In this document: one piece after another, positions 51,499 to 60,223 of the stretch
How the letters are laid out: every line of letters starts with the position of its first letter
Position numbering within the stretch: position 1 is the stretch's first letter
Virus record (IMG/VR): IMGVR_UViG_3300020045_001434
Location: 26,929 to 90,928 of that record
DNA: 64,000 nucleotides
Origin: a virus
Reading direction: 5' to 3' (one strand)
Program-made: the position numbers and the translations under genes
The notes under the pieces: model-generated
Told to the model about the DNA's origin: nothing
The model's database searches: none
What the model saw: only the letters and a program-made list of their open reading frames with translations

Positions 51499-53889
51499 TT
51501 AATGTTTATTTAAACGTTCAAAAAATGTTCCTCTTGTTTGATTAGGATTTGGTTTATTAAAAAGTTCATATCGTTTTACAAATTCATCTTTTTTAAATTC
51601 ATACATAGCAAGAATCATTGTAGATATTCTATCCCAGTTTCCATCTATAGAAAACCTTTGGAACTCTAAACACAAAGGTAATGAAAATATTTCTTCTAAT
51701 CTAATAATAGGATTACTATCTTTATCTATACCTATGACTTCATTAATAAAATTTTTAATCATAGTAAGACCATTAAGTTTAGTATTACTATCTCCTACAT
51801 TCATACCTACTTTTAAACCTTTACCTCCAATAAGTAATGAATTTTCTAAGTATTCTGTAGGGTCAGTTAGAAGTCTATCTCCCATTTTCCATACTTTAAA
51901 ATTACTTATAGTTTCACCACGATTTGATTCAACTAATACAGAACAATTCCATCTTAAACAAGCTAACAATAAAAGATTATCATTATCTTTCATAGTGTTT
52001 AATCTACCAGTATATTCAGCTACTAATCTTTTACCACTGTAAGGAGATACTTCATTAGCTCTCATATATACTTGGAAACTATATAATGAATGTTTATCAG
52101 TAACTTCACTTCTAGTTTTATCTACACCATAAGGGTCACAAACAATAAAATATAAATCTTTAGTTATAACACCATTAACTGTATAAGGAGCATAATATTC
52201 TCTAACACAACCATGAACATCTGTAGCATTAGTATGAGGAACATCTAAAATAAAATCATGCCATCCAGTAGGAATAATTTTCTCTTGAATACATTGATCT
52301 TTATTTTTAAACTTTACAGTACCATTTTCTTTTACATACCAACCATCAGTATAAAATTGTTTAGTATAATCAGTTTTTAAATCTCCAACATGAACATTTA
52401 ATTCAGGAGATGCAAAAAGATTTTCTACAGTATTGATGAAAGCTTCACTAGGTTTGTTAGCACGTTGAGCACAATGAATAGTATATTCTTCATTAGTCTT
52501 ACTTTTCTTAGCTCTATCTTTATCTTTCTTATCAATTATAAAAGAATCAAATAATAAAGAATTACCATCAACAATATATGGTTCATAGTTTAATACTTGA
52601 GGATGAAAAAATCCACATACATTATGTCGTTTATCATCATCCCAAACATTCTCAAAACATAAAGCATTAAGTTTAGATGGTTTATAATAAAGACCTTCAA
52701 ATGTTTGCCAGTTAGCACCTTTAGTACCACCAGTTCCCCATACATTAAATACTCCAATTGATATAGCCCCTGATTCAAGATTTGAAGTAGTAATATCTAG
52801 AAACTCTTGAAGTTTAGGAGATTTACCGGATTCTTCACAATTAATAATAACAGCTTTTTTACCAACAGCACAAGAAGTATTTATACCAATTGCATAAGAT
52901 AAAACTTTACTTTTAAAACCATGAGGTTTATTACCATCATGTTTAAGTTTATAACCTAATTCTAAAGATTCTAAAGATTCACTAAGATACCCTCTTTTCC
53001 AATAAGTATTATTTTCATACCAATCAAGACAAGCTTTAGTCATATAAGTTAAAGCTCCTTTATCAGTAAGAAATTTAATATCTTGAGCAATATTAATTAC
53101 TGTAACAGTTTTATTAAGATTAACTACATTAGCGGTTTGATTACCTTTTTTATAAGAATATCCTTTACGACGAGCTTTAGCAATAATACTACTATGTTCA
53201 TTTAGATATGCCATTTGGTCTATTTTATAAGACCAATAATCACCATCCCAAAATCTAGGAAATGATTCCACAGTTTTAGTTCTAAATAAACCTCTTTTAT
53301 CTAAATCAGCACGTTCAGCATCATTAGGTGTACGTTCAATAATACCATAATTAAGATAACTATAATGGTCACCGGTAATATGTAAAGGATGTAATAATTT
53401 TTGTTTATTACCTTCTGTAGTAGTAGGATTAAAATAAGTTTTTATATCTTTAAAATAAAGTTTACAATTAGCAGTCATTCCAAACTTTCTTCGATAATGT
53501 TCTCTACCCCAAAAAGTTTTATAATCTACAGAATCTTTTTCATAAAAACAATAAGTTTTATGTTTATCATGAAAACTAGCAACTTCTGAAAATACATCTA
53601 CACCAATAAAAACAAAATCTATATTTTGTAATATACCCCCAGAGTTACCAACTTTAAAATCATTATCATCATCTATCCAATTTCTACCAATATTATCATT
53701 ATATAAAGTATTCAAAAAAGGATAATTAGATTTATCAGATATAACATAATCTATAAAAGGTAATGATGTTAGTTTAGAAGATTTATCATAACCATAACTA
53801 TCTTTGCGAAATTCATCACTTTGAGTTAGGGCTATAAGATTCAACGCCATCATCTCCTTCCATGCTAGATTCAAATTCGTTTGCTCCAC
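51499..53889 (-). CDS. terL: Terminase large subunit
   Basis: Walker A-type KARRKGYSYK, Walker B INCEESGK, WGTGG, and RNase H-like DPY...ESNRG...NWDRIS. Confidence 0.92.
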   Translation of the reverse strand: MEQTNLNLAWKEMMALNLIALTQSDEFRKDSYGYDKSSKLTSLPFIDYVISDKSNYPFLNTLYNDNIGRNWIDDDNDFKVGNSGGILQNIDFVFIGVDVFSEVASFHDKHKTYCFYEKDSVDYKTFWGREHYRRKFGMTANCKLYFKDIKTYFNPTTTEGNKQKLLHPLHITGDHYSYLNYGIIERTPNDAERADLDKRGLFRTKTVESFPRFWDGDYWSYKIDQMAYLNEHSSIIAKARRKGYSYKKGNQTANVVNLNKTVTVINIAQDIKFLTDKGALTYMTKACLDWYENNTYWKRGYLSESLESLELGYKLKHDGNKPHGFKSKVLSYAIGINTSCAVGKKAVIINCEESGKSPKLQEFLDITTSNLESGAISIGVFNVWGTGGTKGANWQTFEGLYYKPSKLNALCFENVWDDDKRHNVCGFFHPQVLNYEPYIVDGNSLLFDSFIIDKKDKDRAKKSKTNEEYTIHCAQRANKPSEAFINTVENLFASPELNVHVGDLKTDYTKQFYTDGWYVKENGTVKFKNKDQCIQEKIIPTGWHDFILDVPHTNATDVHGCVREYYAPYTVNGVITKDLYFIVCDPYGVDKTRSEVTDKHSLYSFQVYMRANEVSPYSGKRLVAEYTGRLNTMKDNDNLLLLACLRWNCSVLVESNRGETISNFKVWKMGDRLLTDPTEYLENSLLIGGKGLKVGMNVGDSNTKLNGLTMIKNFINEVIGIDKDSNPIIRLEEIFSLPLCLEFQRFSIDGNWDRISTMILAMYEFKKDEFVKRYELFNKPNPNQTRGTFFERLNKH

Positions 53890-54436
53890 GTAGTACAGAT
53901 TTATTAGATTTTTGTTTATTAACTAGAACTTCAAATTCAGCAATACCTTTAGGTATATCAGAAATTGTTTTCATAACTTTATTTACTGTATTAGATAAAT
54001 CTATAGGTTCACCATCTTTATCTTTAAAATCAGATTCTTCAAGTTCATTAAGTCTATCTATATAAGCTTTTAAACTTTTAGCACTAACCTTTAATGCTTT
54101 AACAGCAGAATTTACTAAGTCAGTAATTATATCATACTCTAGTTCATCAATTACATACTTAAGAATATCTTTATGATTCTTAGGAAACTCATAATCTTTG
54201 GGTAAGTTAGTATTTTTAAAAGCATATTCGTGAGCTTCTTTATTATTAAGTCCATGTTTTACACAATATCCACTAGAGTTAGTAATGAAATCTAAATACT
54301 TATAATATTCTTTAGACAATGTTTTACCTTTAGAAGTATCTAATTCATATATCTTAGCTAGTAATGGATACTTTAATAATTCAATTACATTTAATTGTAG
54401 TTGATAGTTGTTGTCTATTGTCCAAATATGTATCAT
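53816..54436 (-). CDS. Conserved protein upstream of TerL (possible small terminase)
   Basis: Helical 206-aa ORF overlapping the annotated TerL start. Confidence 0.45.
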   Translation of the reverse strand: MIHIWTIDNNYQLQLNVIELLKYPLLAKIYELDTSKGKTLSKEYYKYLDFITNSSGYCVKHGLNNKEAHEYAFKNTNLPKDYEFPKNHKDILKYVIDELEYDIITDLVNSAVKALKVSAKSLKAYIDRLNELEESDFKDKDGEPIDLSNTVNKVMKTISDIPKGIAEFEVLVNKQKSNKSVLRGANEFESSMEGDDGVESYSPNSK

Positions 54437-54798
54437 TCAATTGTAATTTTAAAACATTTCATAAAACATTTAAATATCCATTCAGTAATATATGCTTTAG
54501 ATTCAGCACATGGATTATTTTCTGAAATATGTTCAAATATAAAATCCACAGAATGAGATACTTCATGAGCAATAGTACTTATTTTAGGAATTTCTCTAAA
54601 GGCTAATAAAGAAGTTGATGCTCCTTTAGAATTAATAATATTATAATAATGTAAAGCATCCATACTATTACCCCATTTATCTATTATAATTTTATTAGTA
54701 TCATTATCTGTAAAATGTTTAGTTATATTACTTAAATCACTATCAACAGCAATAGCTATATTAATAGGAAATGTATCATTTGTAAATTGTTTAAGCAT
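54433..54798 (-). CDS. Small zincin-like (HExxH) protein
   Basis: IAHEVSHSV...ESKAY. Confidence 0.6.
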   Translation of the reverse strand: MLKQFTNDTFPINIAIAVDSDLSNITKHFTDNDTNKIIIDKWGNSMDALHYYNIINSKGASTSLLAFREIPKISTIAHEVSHSVDFIFEHISENNPCAESKAYITEWIFKCFMKCFKITIE

Positions 54799-54799
54799 A

Positions 54800-55204
54800 C
54801 TATAGTACTGAAATGATTATACCTAGTACAGCCCCTAAAGTAGTTGTACGCCAAAATGCAGCCCATCTGTGCGACTTATTTGCTGACTGTATTGATTCAT
54901 CTAACTTTGTATTTAAAGTCGCTACCTTGCCCTCTGAGATAGTTAATTTCTGCATTAGAGCATTACTAACTAATTTATAACTATTGATATTATCATTAAG
55001 TTCATAAATAACTTGTTTATCTATAGTAGATGATTCTTTACATGAATCTCCTTGAACAAATATAATAGCTATTTTACGATTCTCAGATTTAGTATAACCT
55101 ACAATAGTATCATTATTAATTATGTAATTTTTTTGAGATATAGCTGGTAATGCTATCATCAGAAATAATACTAGGAGTACTATAGTTTTTAATAGTTGTT
55201 TCAT
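54800..55204 (-). CDS. Secreted coiled-coil protein with C-terminal hydrophobic anchor (spanin-like partner)
   Basis: Signal peptide, coiled coil and hydrophobic C-terminus; overlaps the upstream gene by 89 bp; near the endolysin. Confidence 0.45.
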   Translation of the reverse strand: MKQLLKTIVLLVLFLMIALPAISQKNYIINNDTIVGYTKSENRKIAIIFVQGDSCKESSTIDKQVIYELNDNINSYKLVSNALMQKLTISEGKVATLNTKLDESIQSANKSHRWAAFWRTTTLGAVLGIIISVL

Positions 55205-55508
55205 AAGTAATTGTTTTAGCAGATTTTAATTTATATAAAGAATCTAGTTTAATATTATTATATGATATAACTTTAGTTTGATAATTAATTATCATTTGTA
55301 AAGAATCTGATACATGATTATCTGTAGGATATAAAGTACCATTTAAATATTTAGTATATAATGTATCTTTAATTTTAGTTTCTTTATATATACTAATAAC
55401 TTTAGGAATACTAAATAATACAATTAATAAACCTATTATAATAAATACTTTATTTTTTATAGATAAACTATTATATATAGCTTTAATAAAATCTTTAATC
55501 TTTTGCAT
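55116..55508 (-). CDS. Inner-membrane spanin-like protein
   Basis: N-terminal TM segment followed by a helical region; directly after the endolysin. Confidence 0.45.
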   Translation of the reverse strand: MQKIKDFIKAIYNSLSIKNKVFIIIGLLIVLFSIPKVISIYKETKIKDTLYTKYLNGTLYPTDNHVSDSLQMIINYQTKVISYNNIKLDSLYKLKSAKTITYETTIKNYSTPSIISDDSITSYISKKLHN

Positions 55509-55514
55509 AATAAA

Positions 55515-55958
55515 TTATTTAAATGGTGTATATACTTTACGACCTTTTACAATAGTCATACGAAGACATTGTCTACGATTATTTAATTCATTATAACTAA
55601 CATGTACCCAAGCAGGTTGTTTACTATCTCCAGCTTCCCATATCATTTGATCAAAAATAAAATTATCTTTAATTAAATGAAATAGTTTAGCATTATCTAT
55701 TGTATAAATATCAGCAGCCTGACCTTTACAATGTTGTGATAATGGAGTAGATGTTCCACCTTGGTCATGATTAACAGCAAGAGAACGAAATCCTGAATTG
55801 ATAGTCATACTAGAACCAAATATTTCTCTAACTGGTTGTAGAACTTTAGTTGCTAATAATGTCATATTTCTAATCTGAGTTTGATTAGGAATATTGGGAG
55901 CTTTAGAAGATGTTTCTAAAAATTCTTCTAGTGTAAAATTTTTACTTAGTTGTGTCAT
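55515..55958 (-). CDS. Endolysin, peptidase M15 family
   Basis: LSKNFTLEEF, NSGFRS, SQHCKGQAAD, WVHVSY. Confidence 0.9.
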   Translation of the reverse strand: MTQLSKNFTLEEFLETSSKAPNIPNQTQIRNMTLLATKVLQPVREIFGSSMTINSGFRSLAVNHDQGGTSTPLSQHCKGQAADIYTIDNAKLFHLIKDNFIFDQMIWEAGDSKQPAWVHVSYNELNNRRQCLRMTIVKGRKVYTPFK

Positions 55959-55960
55959 AA

Positions 55961-56947
55961 TTATAAGAATTGTAATGTACCTTGAGTTTCAGTATTAGAA
56001 AGTTTAAAATCTCCAAGCATTAGTTTAGCATCATTAACAAGATAATCAATATTATATATTTCAACTTTTTCATCCCAATTATCTCTAGGCATCCACTTTT
56101 GTTCTATGGGTCTAATATGACATAATACTAAACCATTAAAATTATATCCAAATGTACTAACTAAATAAGCATAAGTTGATAGTTGCATAGTATAATGATT
56201 ACCAACACTATCTGCTAAATGAGTAAGAGGATATTTAAAAGTATCTACAGATGGTTTCCATTTATTTAAATCTAGTAAACCATCAATAGTTTTTTCATAA
56301 TATCCAGCATCAAATCTAATAGGAGCTTTATTAGTTTTCCAATCGACAATTATAAATTTATTAGTTTTATGATTAATACAAAGAATATCTATCAATCCGC
56401 TAATACCATATAAATCATCATATACTCCAATTTCAGCATAAACATAATATCCTTGCTTAGATAGTTCTTCTAATATTTCAAATATATCAGGATATTTTTC
56501 TTTAAGCCCTGTTTTAGCTAATTCAGTTATTTTAAGTCTACCATAATTATGGTTAACCATTATATCATCAACAGTATAAATTTTACCATCAATATAACCT
56601 CTAGCATTTTTTTTATAACTAGTACTAAGTTTAACAGCATCTTCTAAAAAATTATGTTTTTTAGTTCCAAATTCACAAGCATCATCTGTTATCTGTCCCC
56701 ATTCTTTTAATAGTTGATAATCAGTTTTACCTTTATAAATAAGATACTTAGGATGATTAGCATTACGACCAATATTAGCACATATCTTAGCTATCTTTTT
56801 AAAATCTTTCTCAGGACAATATTTACCTATAACAGTTGTAGTACTAGTATAAGTAAATCCTAATTCATTAGTGTACTTATGATGTTCTTCATCAAAATAA
56901 ATAGTACGACCTTTAGGTATTAATGTATCTCTCAATTTCTTTTTCAT
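55961..56947 (-). CDS. PD-(D/E)XK nuclease (crAss conserved)
   Basis: FDEEHHKY, GTKKH, YAEIGV, SGLIDIL, VDWKTN, YTMQLSTYA. Confidence 0.85.
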   Translation of the reverse strand: MKKKLRDTLIPKGRTIYFDEEHHKYTNELGFTYTSTTTVIGKYCPEKDFKKIAKICANIGRNANHPKYLIYKGKTDYQLLKEWGQITDDACEFGTKKHNFLEDAVKLSTSYKKNARGYIDGKIYTVDDIMVNHNYGRLKITELAKTGLKEKYPDIFEILEELSKQGYYVYAEIGVYDDLYGISGLIDILCINHKTNKFIIVDWKTNKAPIRFDAGYYEKTIDGLLDLNKWKPSVDTFKYPLTHLADSVGNHYTMQLSTYAYLVSTFGYNFNGLVLCHIRPIEQKWMPRDNWDEKVEIYNIDYLVNDAKLMLGDFKLSNTETQGTLQFL

Positions 56948-57357
56948 TTAATTATATTTAATGAAGTTTCAACTAAAGGAGGATTTTTAATAAGTTTCTT
57001 TTTTTCAATATTATTATTTATAATATCGTGAATTTTATCCTCAGTAATAGAACCTTCATTTAATATATATGTTAGTATTTCTTGTCGAGATTTATTAAGT
57101 CTTAAATGACCTAATGTAGGAATAGTAATATATTCAATATTATTTTTACAAGCATTATCTATAGATTCAGATTGAGATTCAAATATACATTTATACAAAT
57201 TATGTTGTTGAGATTCATCTAGAGTTCTAAATTCATCTATCCAAGTATTAATAAACTCTTTAGAGTATTTTCTTTTATTATCAATTTTTAGAAGAGCTAT
57301 TCCATTAATAACTCTTCTACTAATTTTTTGTAATAATGTATAATCAAGTCCTTTCAT
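56944..57357 (-). CDS. IHF/HU-like DNA-binding protein
   Basis: Helix followed by 'ITIPTLGHLRLN' arm motif; synteny. Confidence 0.45.
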   Translation of the reverse strand: MKGLDYTLLQKISRRVINGIALLKIDNKRKYSKEFINTWIDEFRTLDESQQHNLYKCIFESQSESIDNACKNNIEYITIPTLGHLRLNKSRQEILTYILNEGSITEDKIHDIINNNIEKKKLIKNPPLVETSLNIIK

Positions 57358-57360
57358 AAA

Positions 57361-57834
57361 TTATGGAATAATTACAGATTTGATAGGTTCTACAACTTTA
57401 TCAATTTGAGGTTGAGTAGCAATAAGATATTGAGATTCATAAATATAATAAGCATTAATTTTATATTTAGGAAGCATTGCAACATTAGCTACACCTTTTT
57501 GGTCATGTTTAAAATCTTCAATAACTCTTTCTAAATCAAAGTCATCATTAGTATTAATAAAACTTACTGGTGAACTATAAGAATTAAATATAGCTGCTTG
57601 ACCAATTAAATCATTACCAAATTCAGATTCTACTTTATCAGATACTTTGGCAATAATTTTATCTGATTTACCAAGCTCAGCAAATAATTCTTGAAATGTA
57701 GGATTACCTTTAGCAATTTCAGTTCTTAAATTAAGTCTACTTAATGATTGAATAATTAAAGCTGATACCGTAGTAGTAAGAACAATTAAAATAGAATTAC
57801 CATGTAGTCTTACATGTTCAGTTACATTTTTCAT
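57361..57834 (-). CDS. Hypothetical protein, first gene of the late module
   Basis: ORF with typical codon usage and an upstream promoter motif. Confidence 0.55.
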   Translation of the reverse strand: MKNVTEHVRLHGNSILIVLTTTVSALIIQSLSRLNLRTEIAKGNPTFQELFAELGKSDKIIAKVSDKVESEFGNDLIGQAAIFNSYSSPVSFINTNDDFDLERVIEDFKHDQKGVANVAMLPKYKINAYYIYESQYLIATQPQIDKVVEPIKSVIIP

Positions 57835-57873
57835 ACATTTAATATTTTATGTTTATGTTTAAAAATTATACTG

Positions 57874-57881
57874 CAAATATA
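57874..57881 (-). promoter_or_regulatory. Bacteroidota sigma-A-type -7 element heading the late module
   Basis: TATATTTG(CAG) on the minus strand 40 bp upstream of the 57834 start. Confidence 0.6.
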
Positions 57882-58008
57882 ATTAAATAATTTGAATATA
57901 CTATTATGTATATACATATTTTATTGTATAGGCTTATTTATTATTTGTAAGACTGTAGCAAGACAATATTATGTAATTGATACATTATATATGGTAAACT
58001 AACGAATA

Positions 58009-58038
58009 CCTAGTAGGAGCGAGGGTATAGGATATTCG
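58009..58038 (+). repeat. 30-bp dispersed motif, copy 5 (intergenic, within a hairpin at 57997-58044)
   Basis: CCTAGTAGGAGCGAGGGTATAGGATATTCG; AACTAACGAATA-CCTA pairs with TAGG-A-TATTCGTTGGTT. Confidence 0.9.
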
Positions 58039-58197
58039 TTGGTTAATTTTAAGTTATTCTCCTAATAATAATACTAAAAGTATTAGTTATACCTTTATTA
58101 ATAATTAATTTAAAATGAGAAGAACTTTTATTAAAATCTATATTATTATTTGTAATAACCATTTTATACATTTTATTACATTGGGGGAATTAATTGG

Positions 58198-58439
58198 TTA
58201 GGTGATACTCGTGTAATTAATTTAGGTGATTGTATATGATATATAAATTACTTAGGAGGACTAGTAATAATTATTTTATAATGGATAGTATATGGAACTA
58301 ATTGTTTAGGTTGAATTAGTGGATATTTTAGGATAGATGTAAATTACTTAGGAGGACGATATTGAGTGTGTGTATGTAGAGTAGGAGTATCTACTAGAGA
58401 CCCCCGCCACTTCGTTTATTTTTTGAAGTACCCCCGCCA
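58198..58439 (+). repeat. Cluster of short direct repeats in the divergent non-coding region
   Basis: TAAATTACTTAGGAGGAC at 58244 and 58340; ACCCCCGCCA at 58400 and 58430; TTAGG at 58198, 58222, 58252, 58306, 58328 and 58348. Confidence 0.8.
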
Positions 58440-58627
58440 TGTTTTTGAGTGATATAATATATATCTCATCTTGTAGGTGTAAGTATTCTAATCTAAATTG
58501 GAATTAAATTGACTAATCTTGTCATTGTAATTGGAATACAAATAACACTACTACAGTCACTACATTTATTATTAAACATTATACTTTAATTTAAACCTCA
58601 CGATGTATAGGTAATCGTTTCAATCTT

Positions 58628-58783
58628 ATGAGTAAATCAACTAGAGCTATTCTATTAAGTCTAGCATGTATTGCAGTGTCATTATCATCTGTTGGTATGT
58701 ATCGTGAAGTAAAGGTATTAGTTATACTAGTATCATGTGTAGTAATCATTACATCATTAGTAGTTAAACATTTAAACAAATAA
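58628..58783 (+). CDS. 51-aa two-TM membrane protein (not in the ORF track)
   Basis: MSKSTRAILLSLACIAVSLSSVGMYREVKVLVILVSCVVIITSLVVKHLNK; packed head-to-tail with the next genes. Confidence 0.65.
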   Translation: MSKSTRAILLSLACIAVSLSSVGMYREVKVLVILVSCVVIITSLVVKHLNK

Positions 58784-58788
58784 TCATT

Positions 58789-58962
58789 ATGAAAACATTA
58801 AGAACACTTATTGTAGTTATTATAGTATTAGCAATATCATATAGTTTATATGCTTTACTGGAATCATCATTTACTAAAACAACTATTGCTAATATGATAG
58901 TAGCATTAGGAGTTATGGTATTAGTAGTATTATTCATTATCGGTTCAACATCAAATAAATAA
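58789..58962 (+). CDS. 57-aa two-TM membrane protein (not in the ORF track)
   Basis: MKTLRTLIVVIIVLAISYSLYALLESSFTKTTIANMIVALGVMVLVVLFIIGSTSNK. Confidence 0.7.
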   Translation: MKTLRTLIVVIIVLAISYSLYALLESSFTKTTIANMIVALGVMVLVVLFIIGSTSNK

Positions 58963-58988
58963 TTATAAACAATTAATAAATAAACATT

Positions 58989-59447
58989 ATGAAAACAATT
59001 CAATTAGTAGCAGCATTACGTTCAGCATCTTTACGTTCATTTGATAACAAAGACTATGGTAAATTATCAGTTAAACCTATATTTACTATAGATGAACAAG
59101 GAGTAATATCTAACAAAGATTTATTACAATTTCAAGACATGTGTATTAGACATTATATGTTTAATGATAGTAAATCATTATTAGTTACAGGTAATGTAGT
59201 ATTATTTACATTAGAATATCATGAATCAGGAGTAACATCTTATGTAAATGAAGATAAACAATTGAGAGCACATACTGTATCAGGATGGTATGTATCTAAG
59301 ATAGTACAAGCATTACCAGCAGATTTACGTGATGGTAGAGATATTATTGGAGAAGCTAATGTAAATGATTACAGTAGAGATATAAATACGTGTATTGTAA
59401 CAACATCTATGTGTGCTAGACCTGTAACATCAGTAAATATGTTCTAG
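58989..59447 (+). CDS. Putative early protein, paralog A
   Basis: Shares GN...FTLE......T.Y....HT.S and a terminal MF with the 59603 gene. Confidence 0.7.
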   Translation: MKTIQLVAALRSASLRSFDNKDYGKLSVKPIFTIDEQGVISNKDLLQFQDMCIRHYMFNDSKSLLVTGNVVLFTLEYHESGVTSYVNEDKQLRAHTVSGWYVSKIVQALPADLRDGRDIIGEANVNDYSRDINTCIVTTSMCARPVTSVNMF

Positions 59448-59455
59448 TAATAATT

Positions 59456-59499
59456 ATACAGAGTAGTATCATTAATTTGATATTACTCTGTATTTTTTT
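59456..59499 (+). terminator. Intrinsic terminator
   Basis: 16-bp stem ATACAGAGTAGTATCA / TGATATTACTCTGTAT plus T-run. Confidence 0.85.
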
Positions 59500-59510
59500 A
59501 ATGACCAACA

Positions 59511-59526
59511 CTTCCACCTATTCTTG
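59511..59526 (+). promoter_or_regulatory. 16-bp motif CTTCyACCTATTCTTG, copy 1
   Basis: Starts 12 bp after the end of the terminator T-run; repeated at 60224. Confidence 0.5.
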
Positions 59527-59602
59527 ACTAACCTTCTCCATGAATTTGAGTAGCTATTTGGTTACTATAAACAATAAGTATAAATTTATAAATTAAATTA
59601 TC

Positions 59603-60166
59603 ATGGCAGAAGTAAAAACAGTAACTCCTGAAGTTACAGAAGTAAAAGAAGTAGTTGCAACAACTCCAGCAACAATGGTATCTCTTGTATCACCTAACAA
59701 ACTTACTATTCATGGTTCAGTTGTAGCTATGTCTGAATGGAGAATTGGTTCACAAGAAGATGGAGCAACATTCAAACATGATACTCGAATCATTTCAGTA
59801 TCTGATTTGATGGAACGTGGTGTAGTACATGATGTATTCATTACTCGTAATCAGTGGAAAGAATATGGTTGTGAAGCTATAATCTTTGTAGGTAATGCTA
59901 TTACTTTCACATTGGAAGATTGTATTGCTAACAAAACCGGTTACAAAGCTACAAGTGATGCTGTAGTAATGACTGTACATACCAAATCGTACAAGGCATT
60001 TTACAAGGTAACATTTCTTGATGTAAATACATTAATCATGTTGCTTGGTGAAAAGGGTTTGGACTATCAATTGATTGGTATGATGATTGGTCAAATCAAT
60101 AATGTTCGTGCTAATAATTCACGAGCTTATGTTGTACCACAAGTAGCATCAAATGGAATGTTCTAA
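59603..60166 (+). CDS. Putative early protein, paralog B
   Basis: See paralog A; high-expression-type codons. Confidence 0.75.
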   Translation: MAEVKTVTPEVTEVKEVVATTPATMVSLVSPNKLTIHGSVVAMSEWRIGSQEDGATFKHDTRIISVSDLMERGVVHDVFITRNQWKEYGCEAIIFVGNAITFTLEDCIANKTGYKATSDAVVMTVHTKSYKAFYKVTFLDVNTLIMLLGEKGLDYQLIGMMIGQINNVRANNSRAYVVPQVASNGMF

Positions 60167-60172
60167 GTAATT

Positions 60173-60212
60173 AAATGATGATATACTGTAATAGGTATAT
60201 CATCATTTTTTT
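60173..60212 (+). terminator. Intrinsic terminator
   Basis: AAATGATGATATAC / GTATATCATCATTT stem plus T-run. Confidence 0.85.
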
Positions 60213-60223
60213 AATTACTTATT

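Noticed and set aside
46096-53889. Introns or inteins in TerL, portal or MCP
   Set aside because: The ORFs are continuous and of plausible size, with no intein or homing-endonuclease motifs seen.
2040-54065. Many short plus-strand and nested ORFs in the ORF track within the minus-strand module
   Set aside because: They are antisense or off-frame shadows of long genes, with I/L/S-rich composition and no motifs.
55961-56947. Cas4 assignment for the nuclease
   Set aside because: It lacks the C-terminal Fe-S cysteine cluster; a generic PD-(D/E)XK call fits better.
2037-57834. Stop-codon reassignment as in some crAss-like phages
   Set aside because: Genes up to 14.9 kb are open in the standard code, TAG and TGA end genes (54800, 54433, 59447), and no suppressor tRNA was seen.
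1879-58038. The 30-bp motif or the 58.2-58.4 kb repeats as a CRISPR array
   Set aside because: Copies are kilobases apart or come only in pairs, with no repeat-spacer periodicity and no cas genes.
58591-59003. Minus-strand ORFs 58591-58779 and 58764-59003
   Set aside because: They are antisense to better plus-strand ORFs (58628, 58789) that are co-oriented and closely packed with downstream genes.
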